Below are positions 30,646 through 39,697 of a stretch of DNA of 64,000 nt, in pieces. Positions within the stretch are counted from its first letter, which is position 1. Every line of letters begins with the position of its first letter. Made by a program: the position numbers and the translations under genes. The notes beneath the pieces are model-generated. The model saw only the letters and a program-made list of their open reading frames with translations, made no database searches and was not told where the DNA came from. The stretch comes from Frankiales bacterium (lineage in GTDB: Bacteria > Actinomycetota > Actinomycetes > Mycobacteriales > SCTD01): positions 8,099 to 72,098 of the forward strand of contig JAODND010000034.1 in assembly GCA_025465465.1 (NCBI GenBank), in the 5' to 3' direction.

Positions 30646-31422
30646 GTGTCCAAGCGCATCGTGGCCGAGGACGTGAACGCGTTCTACGGCAGCTTCCGAG
30701 CCATCGCCGGCGTCTCGCTCACCATCGAGCCCAACACCGTGACGGCGCTGATCGGCCCGTCCGGCTGTGGCAAGTCGACGTTCCTCCGCACCATCAACCG
30801 GCTGCACGAGGTCATCCCGGGCGCCCGCGTCGAGGGCAAGGTGATGCTCGACTCCGAGGACCTCTACGGCGCCGGGGTCGACGCGGTCGCCGTACGACGG
30901 ACGATCGGCATGGTGTTCCAGCGCCCGAACCCGTTCCCGACCATGTCCATCTACGACAACGTCGCGGCAGGCCTGCGGCTCAACGGCATCAAGAACAGCA
31001 AGGTCCTCGACGAAGCTGTCGAGCGGTCGCTGCGCGGCGCCAACCTGTGGAACGAGGTGAAGGAACGGCTCGCCAAGCCAGGTGCCGGCCTGTCGGGCGG
31101 CCAGCAGCAGCGACTCTGCATCGCGCGTGCCATCGCGGTCGAGCCGCAGGTGCTGCTCATGGACGAGCCGTGCTCGGCACTCGACCCGATCTCGACGCTC
31201 GCCATCGAGGACCTCATGACCGACCTCAAGCAGCGCTACACGATCGTCATCGTCACGCACAACATGCAACAGGCGGCGCGCGTCAGCGACCGCACCGGCT
31301 TCTTCTCCCTCGAGGCCACCGGCGAGCCGGGCCGCCTCATCGAGATCGACACGACCGAGAAGATCTTCAGCAATCCCTCGGAGAAGCGGACCGAGGACTA
31401 CATCACCGGACGATTCGGCTAA
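30646..31422 (+). CDS. pstB: phosphate ABC transporter ATPase
   Basis: [38 protein letters not shown]. Confidence 0.97.
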   Translation: MSKRIVAEDVNAFYGSFRAIAGVSLTIEPNTVTALIGPSGCGKSTFLRTINRLHEVIPGARVEGKVMLDSEDLYGAGVDAVAVRRTIGMVFQRPNPFPTMSIYDNVAAGLRLNGIKNSKVLDEAVERSLRGANLWNEVKERLAKPGAGLSGGQQQRLCIARAIAVEPQVLLMDEPCSALDPISTLAIEDLMTDLKQRYTIVIVTHNMQQAARVSDRTGFFSLEATGEPGRLIEIDTTEKIFSNPSEKRTEDYITGRFG

Positions 31423-31433
31423 GGGGCCAACAG

Positions 31434-32099
31434 ATGCGCACCAGCTACCACGAGCAGCTCGCCGGGGTCGGGGACGGCCTCATCGAGATGAGCCGGCTCG
31501 TCGGCTCAGCCGTCAGCAAGGCCACCACGGCACTCCTCGACGCCGACCTCGACGCCGCCGAGGCGGTGATCGTCGCGGACGAGGAGGTCAACAAGCTCTA
31601 TCGCCAGCTCGACGACGAGGCGGTCCAGCTGCTGGCCCGGCAGCAGCCCGTCGCCACCGATCTGCGCGCCATCGTGACCGCGCTGCGGATGAGCTCCGAT
31701 CTCGAGCGCGTGGGTGACTACGCCGTGCACATCGCCAAGGTCGCGCGGCGTCGGCATCCGGCCACCGTCGTGCCGGTGGAGCTGCGGGCCACCATCCTCG
31801 AGATGGGCCAGGCCGCCACCCGCATCGCCGTCAAGGCCGGCACCGTCATCGCGACCCGCGACCTCGCGCTCGCCGCCCAGCTGCTCGCCGACGACGACAC
31901 CATCGACGACCTGCACGCCAGCCTGTTCGCGACGCTGCTCGACGGCAACTGGGACCACGGCGTCGAGGCCGCCATCGACGTGGCCCTCCTCGGCCGCTAC
32001 TACGAGCGCCTCGCCGACCACGCCGTGTCGGTCAGCCACGCCGTCACCTACCTGGTCACCGGCGAGCACAGCGACCCGGAGTCCTACGCCAGCGAGTAG
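31434..32099 (+). CDS. phoU: phosphate signalling protein PhoU
   Basis: ARQQPVATDLR, DLERVGD, GRYYERLADHAV. Confidence 0.96.
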   Translation: MRTSYHEQLAGVGDGLIEMSRLVGSAVSKATTALLDADLDAAEAVIVADEEVNKLYRQLDDEAVQLLARQQPVATDLRAIVTALRMSSDLERVGDYAVHIAKVARRRHPATVVPVELRATILEMGQAATRIAVKAGTVIATRDLALAAQLLADDDTIDDLHASLFATLLDGNWDHGVEAAIDVALLGRYYERLADHAVSVSHAVTYLVTGEHSDPESYASE

Positions 32100-32130
32100 C
32101 CCCTGCGCACCTTCCCGCGCCGGTCCGGGA

Positions 32131-32192
32131 GATCAACAGGGCCTCGTACGGCGGGCTCGCCGGCGGGTCGCGCGTGCGAACCTCTGTTGATC
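32131..32192. repeat. ~62-bp element with GATC-ended inverted repeats
   Basis: GATCAACAG (32131-32139) and CTGTTGATC (32184-32192). Confidence 0.75.
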
Positions 32193-32223
32193 ACGGGAGG
32201 GGAGCGGGCGGAGACTGCGGGGC

Positions 32224-33309
32224 ATGACGCTCGCACCTGCTCGGCCCGCCGACCTCGACCCGCACGCGCTGGCGACCGCGGTCGCCGACACCCGCCGCGC
32301 GGGGTCGCTCACCTTCCTGGTCGGCAACGACGTCCTGACCTACCGCGCCGACGGCGGCACCGTCACCGAGACCGCCGAGCCCGGCGCGTGGCAGGACCTG
32401 GTCGCGCAGCTGCGGACCCCGATCAACCTGCTGCTGAGCAACGCGCTGGTGTTCGAGCGCGGCGGGTTCGACCAGCTCGCGGCGTGGGACCGGGTGCTCC
32501 GCTACCTGCACGCCGGCTTCCCCCCGTACACCGCACCCGACCTGCAGGGGCGCGACCCGGGAGCGACGCTGACGCCAGAAGATGACGACGACGAGCTGCG
32601 GGCCCAGCTGGAGACCATGGGCTACCTGCACGTGCGGGGCCTGTTCAGCGCGGAAGAGATGGCCGCCGCGAACGCCGCCGTCGACGAGCTCGCGGCGCAG
32701 GCGAGCAAGGGCGACGACGAGAGCTGGTGGGTCGGCACCGACGACGGCGACCAGCTCTGCCGGCTCGTCTACAGCACGTTGCGGTCGGAGGCGCTGCGGC
32801 GGCTCGAGCAGGACCCACGGCTCGCTCGGCTCGGGCGGCTCCTCGACCCCGACGCGATCGTCACCCCGGACCGGATGGAGGGCAGCGCGGTCCTCATCAA
32901 GGTGCCGGGGCAGACGCAGGGACTGTCCAACATCCCGTGGCACCAGGACTGCGGCATGGGCGGACACGCGATCCTCTGCCCCGCGGTGAGCATCGGCATC
33001 CAGCTGACCGGGTCGACCGCCGGCAGCGGCAACCTGCTGATGGTGCCGGGCAGCCATGGCCAGACGCTGCCCTACCAGTGGCACAGCCGCAGCGACGTGC
33101 CTGTCGTCGAGATCGACACCGCTCCCGGGGACGTCACCGTCCACGTGCAGGACGTGATGCACGCATCTCCGAAGCCCACCGGAGCGGGTGGTCGCCGGAC
33201 GATGTATGTGACGTTCTACCCGCGGACCCTGCTCGACCATGTCGGTCCGGGTCAGGCGTTCAACGACCTGGTTCGCAACCGGACGGCTGAGGTCGCCACG
33301 CTCGTCTGA
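32224..33309 (+). CDS. PhyH-family Fe(II)/2-oxoglutarate dioxygenase with N-terminal extension
   Basis: GYLHVRGLFS, PWHQD, GNLLMVPGSH, PGDVTVH...MHAS, GRRTMY. Confidence 0.88.
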   Translation: MTLAPARPADLDPHALATAVADTRRAGSLTFLVGNDVLTYRADGGTVTETAEPGAWQDLVAQLRTPINLLLSNALVFERGGFDQLAAWDRVLRYLHAGFPPYTAPDLQGRDPGATLTPEDDDDELRAQLETMGYLHVRGLFSAEEMAAANAAVDELAAQASKGDDESWWVGTDDGDQLCRLVYSTLRSEALRRLEQDPRLARLGRLLDPDAIVTPDRMEGSAVLIKVPGQTQGLSNIPWHQDCGMGGHAILCPAVSIGIQLTGSTAGSGNLLMVPGSHGQTLPYQWHSRSDVPVVEIDTAPGDVTVHVQDVMHASPKPTGAGGRRTMYVTFYPRTLLDHVGPGQAFNDLVRNRTAEVATLV

Positions 33310-33333
33310 ACACCAGGCGAACGTCACATGGAC
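33307..33333 (-). promoter_or_regulatory. PHO-box-like triple repeat upstream of DUF47-pit
   Basis: TGAAC 33307, CGAAC 33318, TGGAC 33329 (exact 11-bp period), followed by TAGCCT-N7-GTG. Confidence 0.7.
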
Positions 33334-33355
33334 GCCCTGGCCTAGCCTGGGCCGC

Positions 33356-33973
33356 GTGCGCCTGCGACTGACACCCCGCGACACCTCCTTCTACGACCAC
33401 TTCACCGCCGCCGCGAGCAACCTCGTGCTGGGGGCCGATCTCCTCGCCGAGCTGCTGGCGCCGGGGGCGGACCGGCCGGTGCTGGCGAAGCGCCTGAGGG
33501 ACATCGAGCACGACAGCGACGAGATCACGCACACCGTGATGCGTCAGCTCAACTCCACGTTCGTCACGCCGTTCGACCGCGAGGACATCTATCGCCTGGC
33601 CAACCGGCTCGACGACGTCATGGACTTCATGGAGGCCGCGGCCGATCTGGTCGTCCTCTACGAGCTCGGTGAGCTGCCGCCGGAGAACCTCCGCGTCGTC
33701 GAGGTGCTGCAGCGCGCGGCGGCGATGACGGCCGAGGCGATGCCGCGGCTGAAGGACATGAAGAACCTCGAGGAGTACTGGATCGAGGTCAACCGCCTGG
33801 AGAACGAGGCGGACCAGATCTACCGGCGCACGGTCGCCAGGCTCTTCAGCGGCGAGTACGACGCGCTGACGGCACTCAAGCTCAAGGACGTGGCCGACGA
33901 GCTCGAGCTCGCCGCCGACGCTCTCGAGGACGTCGCGGACGCGGTCGAGACCATCACCGTCAAGGAGTCCTAG
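33356..33973 (+). CDS. DUF47 Pit accessory (PhoU-like) protein
   Basis: EHDSDEITH, TFVTPFDREDI, NRLENEAD, ITVKES. Confidence 0.93.
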   Translation: MRLRLTPRDTSFYDHFTAAASNLVLGADLLAELLAPGADRPVLAKRLRDIEHDSDEITHTVMRQLNSTFVTPFDREDIYRLANRLDDVMDFMEAAADLVVLYELGELPPENLRVVEVLQRAAAMTAEAMPRLKDMKNLEEYWIEVNRLENEADQIYRRTVARLFSGEYDALTALKLKDVADELELAADALEDVADAVETITVKES

Positions 33974-33986
33974 TCCGTTGTCCGGG

Positions 33987-34985
33987 ATGGACCTGGGACT
34001 CGTCGCGATCGTCGTCGTCGCACTGGCCTTCGACTTCACCAACGGCTTCCACGATGCCGCCAACGCCATCGCCACAGCGGTGTCGACCAGGGCGCTGAGC
34101 CCGAGGGTGGCGCTCGCGCTCGCCGGTGTGGCCAACCTGGTCGGCGCGCTGCTGTCGACCGAGATCGCCAAGACGGTCGGCAAGGGCATCATCGACCCGA
34201 CGCTGCTCACCGGCACCGACGGTCTGGTCGTGGTGTTCTCCGCTCTGGTCGGGGCCATCACCTGGAACCTCATCACCTGGTACTTCGGCCTGCCCTCGTC
34301 CAGCAGCCATGCCCTCATCGGCGGCCTGGTCGGGTCGGCGCTGGCAGCGGGCGACGCCGTGCAGTGGCACGGCATCTACACCAAGGTCCTGAAGCCGATG
34401 GTGCTCTCCCCGCTGGTCGGCTTCGTGCTGGGCGCCATCCTCATGATCATCATTCTCTGGCTGGTACGACGGAGGAACCCACGCCGCGTCAACCGCGGGT
34501 TCCGCCACGCGCAGATCGTGAGCTCGACGGCGATGGCCTACGGCCACGGTGTCCAGGACGCCCAGAAGACCATGGGTGTCATCACCCTCGCGCTGATCGT
34601 CACCGGCAATCTCGGGGCGAACGCAGACATCCCGCTCTGGGTGATCCTGTCGGCTGCGACGGCGATCTCGCTCGGCACCTTCTCCGGCGGCGCGCGCATC
34701 ATGCGCACCCTCGGACGGCGGGTCATCAAGATGGACCCGGCCGCCGGGTTCGCGGCGCAGACGGTCGCCTCCAGCGTGCTGTTCACCACCGCGCACTACG
34801 GGCTGCCGGTGTCGACGACGCACGTCATCACCAGCTCGATCATGGGGGTCGGGGCCACCCGCAAGCTGTCCGCCGTCCGCTGGGGCGTGGCCGGCAACAT
34901 CGCCCTCGCCTGGGTGCTGACGATCCCGGCCGCCGGTCTCGTGGCCGCGCTGTTCTGCCTGCTCGGCCGCGCGATCTTCGGCTGA
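33987..34985 (+). CDS. pit: inorganic phosphate transporter (PiT family)
   Basis: NGFHDAANAIAT, PSSSSHALIGG, HGVQDAQKTMG, PVSTTH. Confidence 0.95.
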   Translation: MDLGLVAIVVVALAFDFTNGFHDAANAIATAVSTRALSPRVALALAGVANLVGALLSTEIAKTVGKGIIDPTLLTGTDGLVVVFSALVGAITWNLITWYFGLPSSSSHALIGGLVGSALAAGDAVQWHGIYTKVLKPMVLSPLVGFVLGAILMIIILWLVRRRNPRRVNRGFRHAQIVSSTAMAYGHGVQDAQKTMGVITLALIVTGNLGANADIPLWVILSAATAISLGTFSGGARIMRTLGRRVIKMDPAAGFAAQTVASSVLFTTAHYGLPVSTTHVITSSIMGVGATRKLSAVRWGVAGNIALAWVLTIPAAGLVAALFCLLGRAIFG

Positions 34986-35008
34986 CGGCGACGGGGTACA
35001 GCACTGTC

Positions 35009-35320
35009 ATGACCGAGACGCCGCCGCCCCCACCCCCCTCGACGGCCCGCGACGAGCCCGCGCTCCAGCGCACCCGCACGCAGGGCCTGTGGCTCGCAGC
35101 GGTGGGCTTCGCGCTGGTCCTGCTGCTGCTGGCGATCTTCCTGCTCCAGAACGGCCCGCGGGTCCAGGTCTCCTACCTGGGCGCCAACGGGCACCTGCCG
35201 CTGGCCCTCGCGATGCTGCTGTCGGCCGTGGCGGGCGCGCTGCTGGTGGGCATGGCGGGCATGGCACGGGTGCTGCAGCTGCGGCACAACGTCCGTCGGG
35301 AGCGCAAGGCTCGGGTCTGA
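35009..35320 (+). CDS. LapA/DUF1049 family small membrane protein
   Basis: RTR...LLAIFLLQN...LPLALAMLL...RVLQLR. Confidence 0.85.
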   Translation: MTETPPPPPPSTARDEPALQRTRTQGLWLAAVGFALVLLLLAIFLLQNGPRVQVSYLGANGHLPLALAMLLSAVAGALLVGMAGMARVLQLRHNVRRERKARV

Positions 35321-35361
35321 GCTGCCGACAGCTGCTCTCGACGTGGCGGCGTCGGGTTCGC

Positions 35362-36801
35362 TCAGGCCCGCGAGGCCGGGCGTCGGATCGCCGCAGCCAC
35401 GGTCAGGACGAGCAGGGCGAGGTACGCCGGCAGGGCGCGGCCGCCCGTCGAGGCCAGCTGTCCCCCTGGGCCCGCGGTCGTCGGGTGGTCCGACGTTGTC
35501 GTGCTCGGCTGCTGCCGCGGCGGGGCCGGGGCCGTGAGCGGCGCGAGCGAGTTGCCGGCGCCGATGCGCGAGCAGTTTCCCGCGAACGGCAGGCCCGCGA
35601 ACCGCTGCACCAGGAAGCGCACCGCTGCCGGCTCGAACTCCAGAGCAGCCGGGGTGTGCGACGCGTTCGCGTACTCGACGTATTGCACGGTCACGCCCTG
35701 ACCGCAGTACTCGTGGGCGAGCGCCTCGACGTCCTTGGTCACCATGATGTCGTCGCCGATGGAGCTGCCGTTGTTGCCGACGCCCATGAAGAACGGGCCC
35801 TTCGGATGGCCGGGCGCGGTGCCCATGATGAGCTTGTTGATGACCGCCACGAACTCGGGCTGGGCCAGGATGTCGCGGTACTGGGGCTTGAGCAGCTGGG
35901 CGACCTTCAGCCCCGGGTGGGTGCCGCTGAAGTCGCCGATGCAGCCGCTGCTGTCCTTCGCGACCAGCTCCTTGCCATACGCCGACAGGTAGTGGTCAAG
36001 CTTCAGGCCGTAGCTGCTCGCCAGCGTGTGCAGGACCGCCGGGATGATCCCCGACCAGACGGCGCTGCCGTCGATGTAGCGCAGGTTGTGCGCGAAGTGC
36101 ACCGGCACACCGCCGGCCGCGACACCGACGATGTTCAGCCCGGGCGCGTACCTCGGTGCCAGCTCCGCCGCCCAGTCCGCCGCGATGGAGCCACCGGAGT
36201 ACCCGGTCAGGCCGACCATGGTCGACGCCGGCGCCTTGAGGAAGGACTCGGTGGCGCGCACCGCGTCGAGGGTCCCGTAGCCGGACTCGTGGCCGGCAGT
36301 CCAGTGCAGCTGCTCGCCCTCGAAGTCCGGGACGGTGACGACGCTGCCGGTGGCGGCATAGGCCTGCACGAAGGCCTGTTCGGCATCGGACAGCTGGGTG
36401 TTGTTGGGACCGGGGTCGCCACCCTGCAGCGTGTAGCTCGGGTCGCACTTGTCCGACAGCGAGTCGTAGAAGGACAGGTAGGCGATGATCTTCGGCGCCA
36501 CCGTCGACCCGGGCGGGGTGATGACGGTCGTGACTGTGACGGTCGGGCGTCCCACCTCGTCGGCGGTCCGGTACAGCAGCTGGGTCGCTGGCAGCGGCGT
36601 GGCCGTGGTCTGGATCGCGAGCGTGACCGGCCGCGTCTTGAGCACCGTTCCCGGCGGTACCTGCGCGAGCGGCGTGCTGCCCGTGTAGCGGTAGAAGGGG
36701 TCCACGTGCGGCAGCGCCACGTCCGCGCGCGCCGGGGTCGCACCCACCAGCCCCAGCAGGAGAGTCAGCGCGGCGAGGGCGGTGATGCGGGAGCGTTGCA
36801 C
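35362..36801 (-). CDS. secreted LIP-family lipase with LAXTG wall-sorting signal
   Basis: Signal peptide ending ARA; DPFY, VPDFEG, GYSGG nucleophile; C-terminal LASTG + TM + basic tail. Confidence 0.9.
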   Translation of the reverse strand: MQRSRITALAALTLLLGLVGATPARADVALPHVDPFYRYTGSTPLAQVPPGTVLKTRPVTLAIQTTATPLPATQLLYRTADEVGRPTVTVTTVITPPGSTVAPKIIAYLSFYDSLSDKCDPSYTLQGGDPGPNNTQLSDAEQAFVQAYAATGSVVTVPDFEGEQLHWTAGHESGYGTLDAVRATESFLKAPASTMVGLTGYSGGSIAADWAAELAPRYAPGLNIVGVAAGGVPVHFAHNLRYIDGSAVWSGIIPAVLHTLASSYGLKLDHYLSAYGKELVAKDSSGCIGDFSGTHPGLKVAQLLKPQYRDILAQPEFVAVINKLIMGTAPGHPKGPFFMGVGNNGSSIGDDIMVTKDVEALAHEYCGQGVTVQYVEYANASHTPAALEFEPAAVRFLVQRFAGLPFAGNCSRIGAGNSLAPLTAPAPPRQQPSTTTSDHPTTAGPGGQLASTGGRALPAYLALLVLTVAAAIRRPASRA

Positions 36802-36849
36802 GGGTCGGTCCTGCCCGCTCTGTCGGCTCCCCACGCTAGGAAGGCGATC

Positions 36850-37401
36850 ATGGTTCGCACCATCTACTACACCGCGACGACGCTCGACGGCTTCCTCGCC
36901 ACCGCGCACGACTCCCTCGACTGGTTGTTCGAGGTCCCCGCTGAGCCGCCCACCGAGCGCTTCAGCGCCTTCTTCGCCGGCATCGGCGCCTTTCTCATGG
37001 GATCGGCGACCTATGAGTGGATCCTCGACCACGAGAAGGTCCTCGAGCACCCCCAGAAGTGGACGAGCTGGTACGGCGAGACGCCGTCGGTGGTCATGAC
37101 CACCCGCGAGCTGCCGGTCATCTCCGGAGTGTCGTTCGCCCGCGGGGACGTCCGTCCGGTGCACGCCCGCCTGGTCGAGGCCGCCGGTGAACGCGACATC
37201 TGGGTCGTCGGCGGCGGCGAGCTCGCGGGGCAGCTGGCCGACGTCGGGCTGCTCGACGAGCTGCGGCTCTCGGTCGCGCCCGTCACGCTCGGGTCAGGCA
37301 AGCCGCTGCTGCCGCGCGTCCTGACCTCGAAGGATCTGGAGCTGACCGGGGTCGAGCCCGACGGCCAGTTCGTGCACCTGACCTACACCGTCAAGCACTG
37401 A
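36850..37401 (+). CDS. dihydrofolate reductase/RibD C-terminal family protein
   Basis: YTATTLDGFLA, MGSATYEW, WVVGGG, APVTLGSGKPL. Confidence 0.9.
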   Translation: MVRTIYYTATTLDGFLATAHDSLDWLFEVPAEPPTERFSAFFAGIGAFLMGSATYEWILDHEKVLEHPQKWTSWYGETPSVVMTTRELPVISGVSFARGDVRPVHARLVEAAGERDIWVVGGGELAGQLADVGLLDELRLSVAPVTLGSGKPLLPRVLTSKDLELTGVEPDGQFVHLTYTVKH

Positions 37402-37993
37402 CCGGCAGGTGTTCGCCGACCGCACGAACGTGCGGACGAGGTGCGGCGACAGACCGGAAATATCGCACAACGGGGGAAGGGCGGGCGTGCTTCGGCTTCC
37501 GGCGCGGTACGGCCTTCTCGGACTTCGGCCACAGCATGACGAGAACCGTGAGGCCGGCACAGAGGCCACCGAGCGGGATCGGCTTGGACAGCGCCAGGAA
37601 GTAGCTCGCAGCACCCGGCACCCGCAGCTCACTGTGACCGACGATGTCGGCGGTGCGGGGATGCCACGGGTCGGGGATGTTCCTGTTGTCGCCCTGTGTG
37701 GTGAAGCCGGTGGTGCCGTTGCCACCCGTGATGCGGTGGATGACGTTCGCCCCCGCACCGAACTCACCCTTGGGAATGCGGTAGGTGACGATGTCGCCGA
37801 TCTGGTAGCTCGGCTGCTTGCGTACGACGATGAGGTCGCCGTTCGCGTAGGTGCCGTCCATGCTGTGGCCGTCGACGCTGATGTAGGCGACTCGGCCGTG
37901 CATCGACTGAGGCCAGACCAGCCAGAGCAGGGCGAGGATCAGTCCGGTGCCGAGCGCCGTCACGACCCGGCGCAGCATCGTCGGCCGGCCCAT
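37391..37993 (-). CDS. signal peptidase I, SipW/ER-type (Ser-His dyad)
   Basis: N-terminal TM, GHSMDGT (Ser), GDIVTY, VIHRI (His), TQGDN...DPW, C-terminal TM. Confidence 0.92.
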   Translation of the reverse strand: MGRPTMLRRVVTALGTGLILALLWLVWPQSMHGRVAYISVDGHSMDGTYANGDLIVVRKQPSYQIGDIVTYRIPKGEFGAGANVIHRITGGNGTTGFTTQGDNRNIPDPWHPRTADIVGHSELRVPGAASYFLALSKPIPLGGLCAGLTVLVMLWPKSEKAVPRRKPKHARPSPVVRYFRSVAAPRPHVRAVGEHLPVSA

Positions 37994-38601
37994 CAGAACT
38001 GCACCGCCGACGTCGTGGACACGGTGTTCGTCCCGACGCCGTTGGCGGCTGTGTCCGTCATCGCGGGATCAGGTGTGTACTTCACGATCGTCGCCGTGTT
38101 CACCGTCGTGGCAGGGGTCGACGCCGTCCCAAAGGTGAGCACGACGGTCGTCGTGCTCGCACCGAGAGTCATGGCGATGGTCGAGGAGGGGTAGGTGATC
38201 GCCGCGCCTGCGTTGTAGTTCGGACTGCCGAGCGTGAAGCTGCCGAAGTGCAGGGCCAGACAGGAGGTACCGCCGCCGATCGACAGGATGTCGTTGCTGG
38301 CGCCGCCGTTGGTGAGCGTGAACAGGAACCCGGCGGCGCTCTCCGTGGTCTGGGGGGTGCCGGCGCAGATCGTGCTGAGCAGGATCTGCCTGTTGAACGT
38401 GACGGTGATCGTGTCGGGCTTGTCCGGTCGGCCCGCCGTCGCAGCGTTGGCGATGACGACGGAGTCGGGGAAGAACACCGGCCGGGTGACCGTCGCGGCG
38501 CCGAGCTTCTGGCTGGTGACGGTGAGGTTCGTCGCCCAGGCGACGCCCGCGGCGAACACGGCCGCGACGGTCGCCGCGACGACCACGGTCCGCCTCGTCA
38601 T
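37993..38601 (-). CDS. secreted beta-rich protein (candidate minor/tip fibre subunit)
   Basis: Start trimmed to ATG 38601 (ATGA overlap); signal peptide ending VAWA, then TNLTVTSQKLG; two Cys. Confidence 0.8.
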   Translation of the reverse strand: MTRRTVVVAATVAAVFAAGVAWATNLTVTSQKLGAATVTRPVFFPDSVVIANAATAGRPDKPDTITVTFNRQILLSTICAGTPQTTESAAGFLFTLTNGGASNDILSIGGGTSCLALHFGSFTLGSPNYNAGAAITYPSSTIAMTLGASTTTVVLTFGTASTPATTVNTATIVKYTPDPAMTDTAANGVGTNTVSTTSAVQF

Positions 38602-39023
38602 CCCAGGACCCCGATGTAGAGGCCGGTGACCGAGGCGGCGGTCACGGTGGCGGACAGAGAGCTCGCCGTCACGCTGCCGGACGCCACGGTCAGCGGCCCT
38701 GCTTGCGCGTTGGTCGTGCCGTTGGTCAGCGTGAGATAGAGGCTCGCGCCGTTGCAGGCTGTCGGGATGCTGCTGATGACGATGCCCGTGACGTTCTTCG
38801 AGGTCAGTGCGTAGGAAACGACGACCGAGCCGAACGAACCGCATGGCGAGACGGTCGCGGCACCGGAGAGGACTCCCTTCGTCGTCGGCCCTTGGCCGGA
38901 GGCGACTGCGGGACTGTCCGCAGGGACGAGCACCGCCAGACCCGCGGCAGCGACCACCAACAGAGCGCGGCCGAATCGCGGGCGGCGCACCTGCGCCGGC
39001 CCGGTCCGGCCGCGGGGGTTCAT
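38598..39023 (-). CDS. secreted small protein, paralogue of the upstream subunit
   Basis: N-terminal hydrophobic segment; GAATVSPC...TAC...LTLT...AASVTGLYIGVLG. Confidence 0.75.
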   Translation of the reverse strand: MNPRGRTGPAQVRRPRFGRALLVVAAAGLAVLVPADSPAVASGQGPTTKGVLSGAATVSPCGSFGSVVVSYALTSKNVTGIVISSIPTACNGASLYLTLTNGTTNAQAGPLTVASGSVTASSLSATVTAASVTGLYIGVLG

Positions 39024-39406
39024 CAGCCCGAGATGACCACGGAGACGCCGGTGACGTTGGCCGCGCTGATGTTGCTCGCGGAGAAGTCCGGCGATGCGTT
39101 GCCGCTGGCGTCCAGGGTGCCCGTGATCTCAGCCAGTGAGGCGTTGGCGGCACCGGTCAGGGTGACCTTGAACGCCTTCGAGGCGCACGCCACCGCCGTG
39201 GTGACCGGAGCGGTCAAGACCTTGTAACCGGGCACTGTGGCCGAGTAGGCGGTCGTGTACGTCACTGCTGCGCTCGCGTTGCACGACGCGACCGTGGCGT
39301 TGCCGGACCCGAGGGTCTGGCTGCTGACGTTGAGCGTGGCGGCGAAGGCCGTGACCGTACCGAAGACGGTGACCCCCGCGATGATCGGCACCAGGTAACG
39401 CTTCAT
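39023..39406 (-). CDS. secreted small protein (candidate major fibre/pilin subunit)
   Basis: ATG 39406 after AAGGTGG; signal ending TAFA; ATLNVSSQTLGSGNATVASC...VAC...VTLT...AANVTGVSVVISG. Confidence 0.85.
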   Translation of the reverse strand: MKRYLVPIIAGVTVFGTVTAFAATLNVSSQTLGSGNATVASCNASAAVTYTTAYSATVPGYKVLTAPVTTAVACASKAFKVTLTGAANASLAEITGTLDASGNASPDFSASNISAANVTGVSVVISG

Positions 39407-39479
39407 GTCCCACCTTTGTCCTGTCGGTCCGACGGCCCCTTGGTCGTCGCGTGGAGGGCTTGAGCCCCATTGGAGTGAA

Positions 39480-39507
39480 AGATCGGCCCGGCCGGCGGGA
39501 ACTTGAC
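39480..39507 (-). promoter_or_regulatory. sigma28/WhiG/FliA-like promoter for the SipW operon
   Basis: Minus strand TCAA-N15-GCCGATCT, about 75 bp upstream of the first ATG. Confidence 0.6.
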
Positions 39508-39697
39508 CCCGTGGGTGGGCCATTTACCTGGCCCATCGGGACTAGTCGCCTGATGGTCATGTTCGGACATATCGGCAGTCCGATCCCGCCGAAAAGGAGG
39601 TCCTGGCTGCTTCTTGCGCCGTCGGACTAGTACTTCTGGCAGCCTGACCGGGCAACTGCGGGTGGCGGCGGCTGCCGGGGTCGCCGTCGCTGCCTCC

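Noticed and set aside
39569..39576. Additional GCCGATAT as a second sigma28 -10 element
   Set aside because: No matching -35 element at the right spacing.
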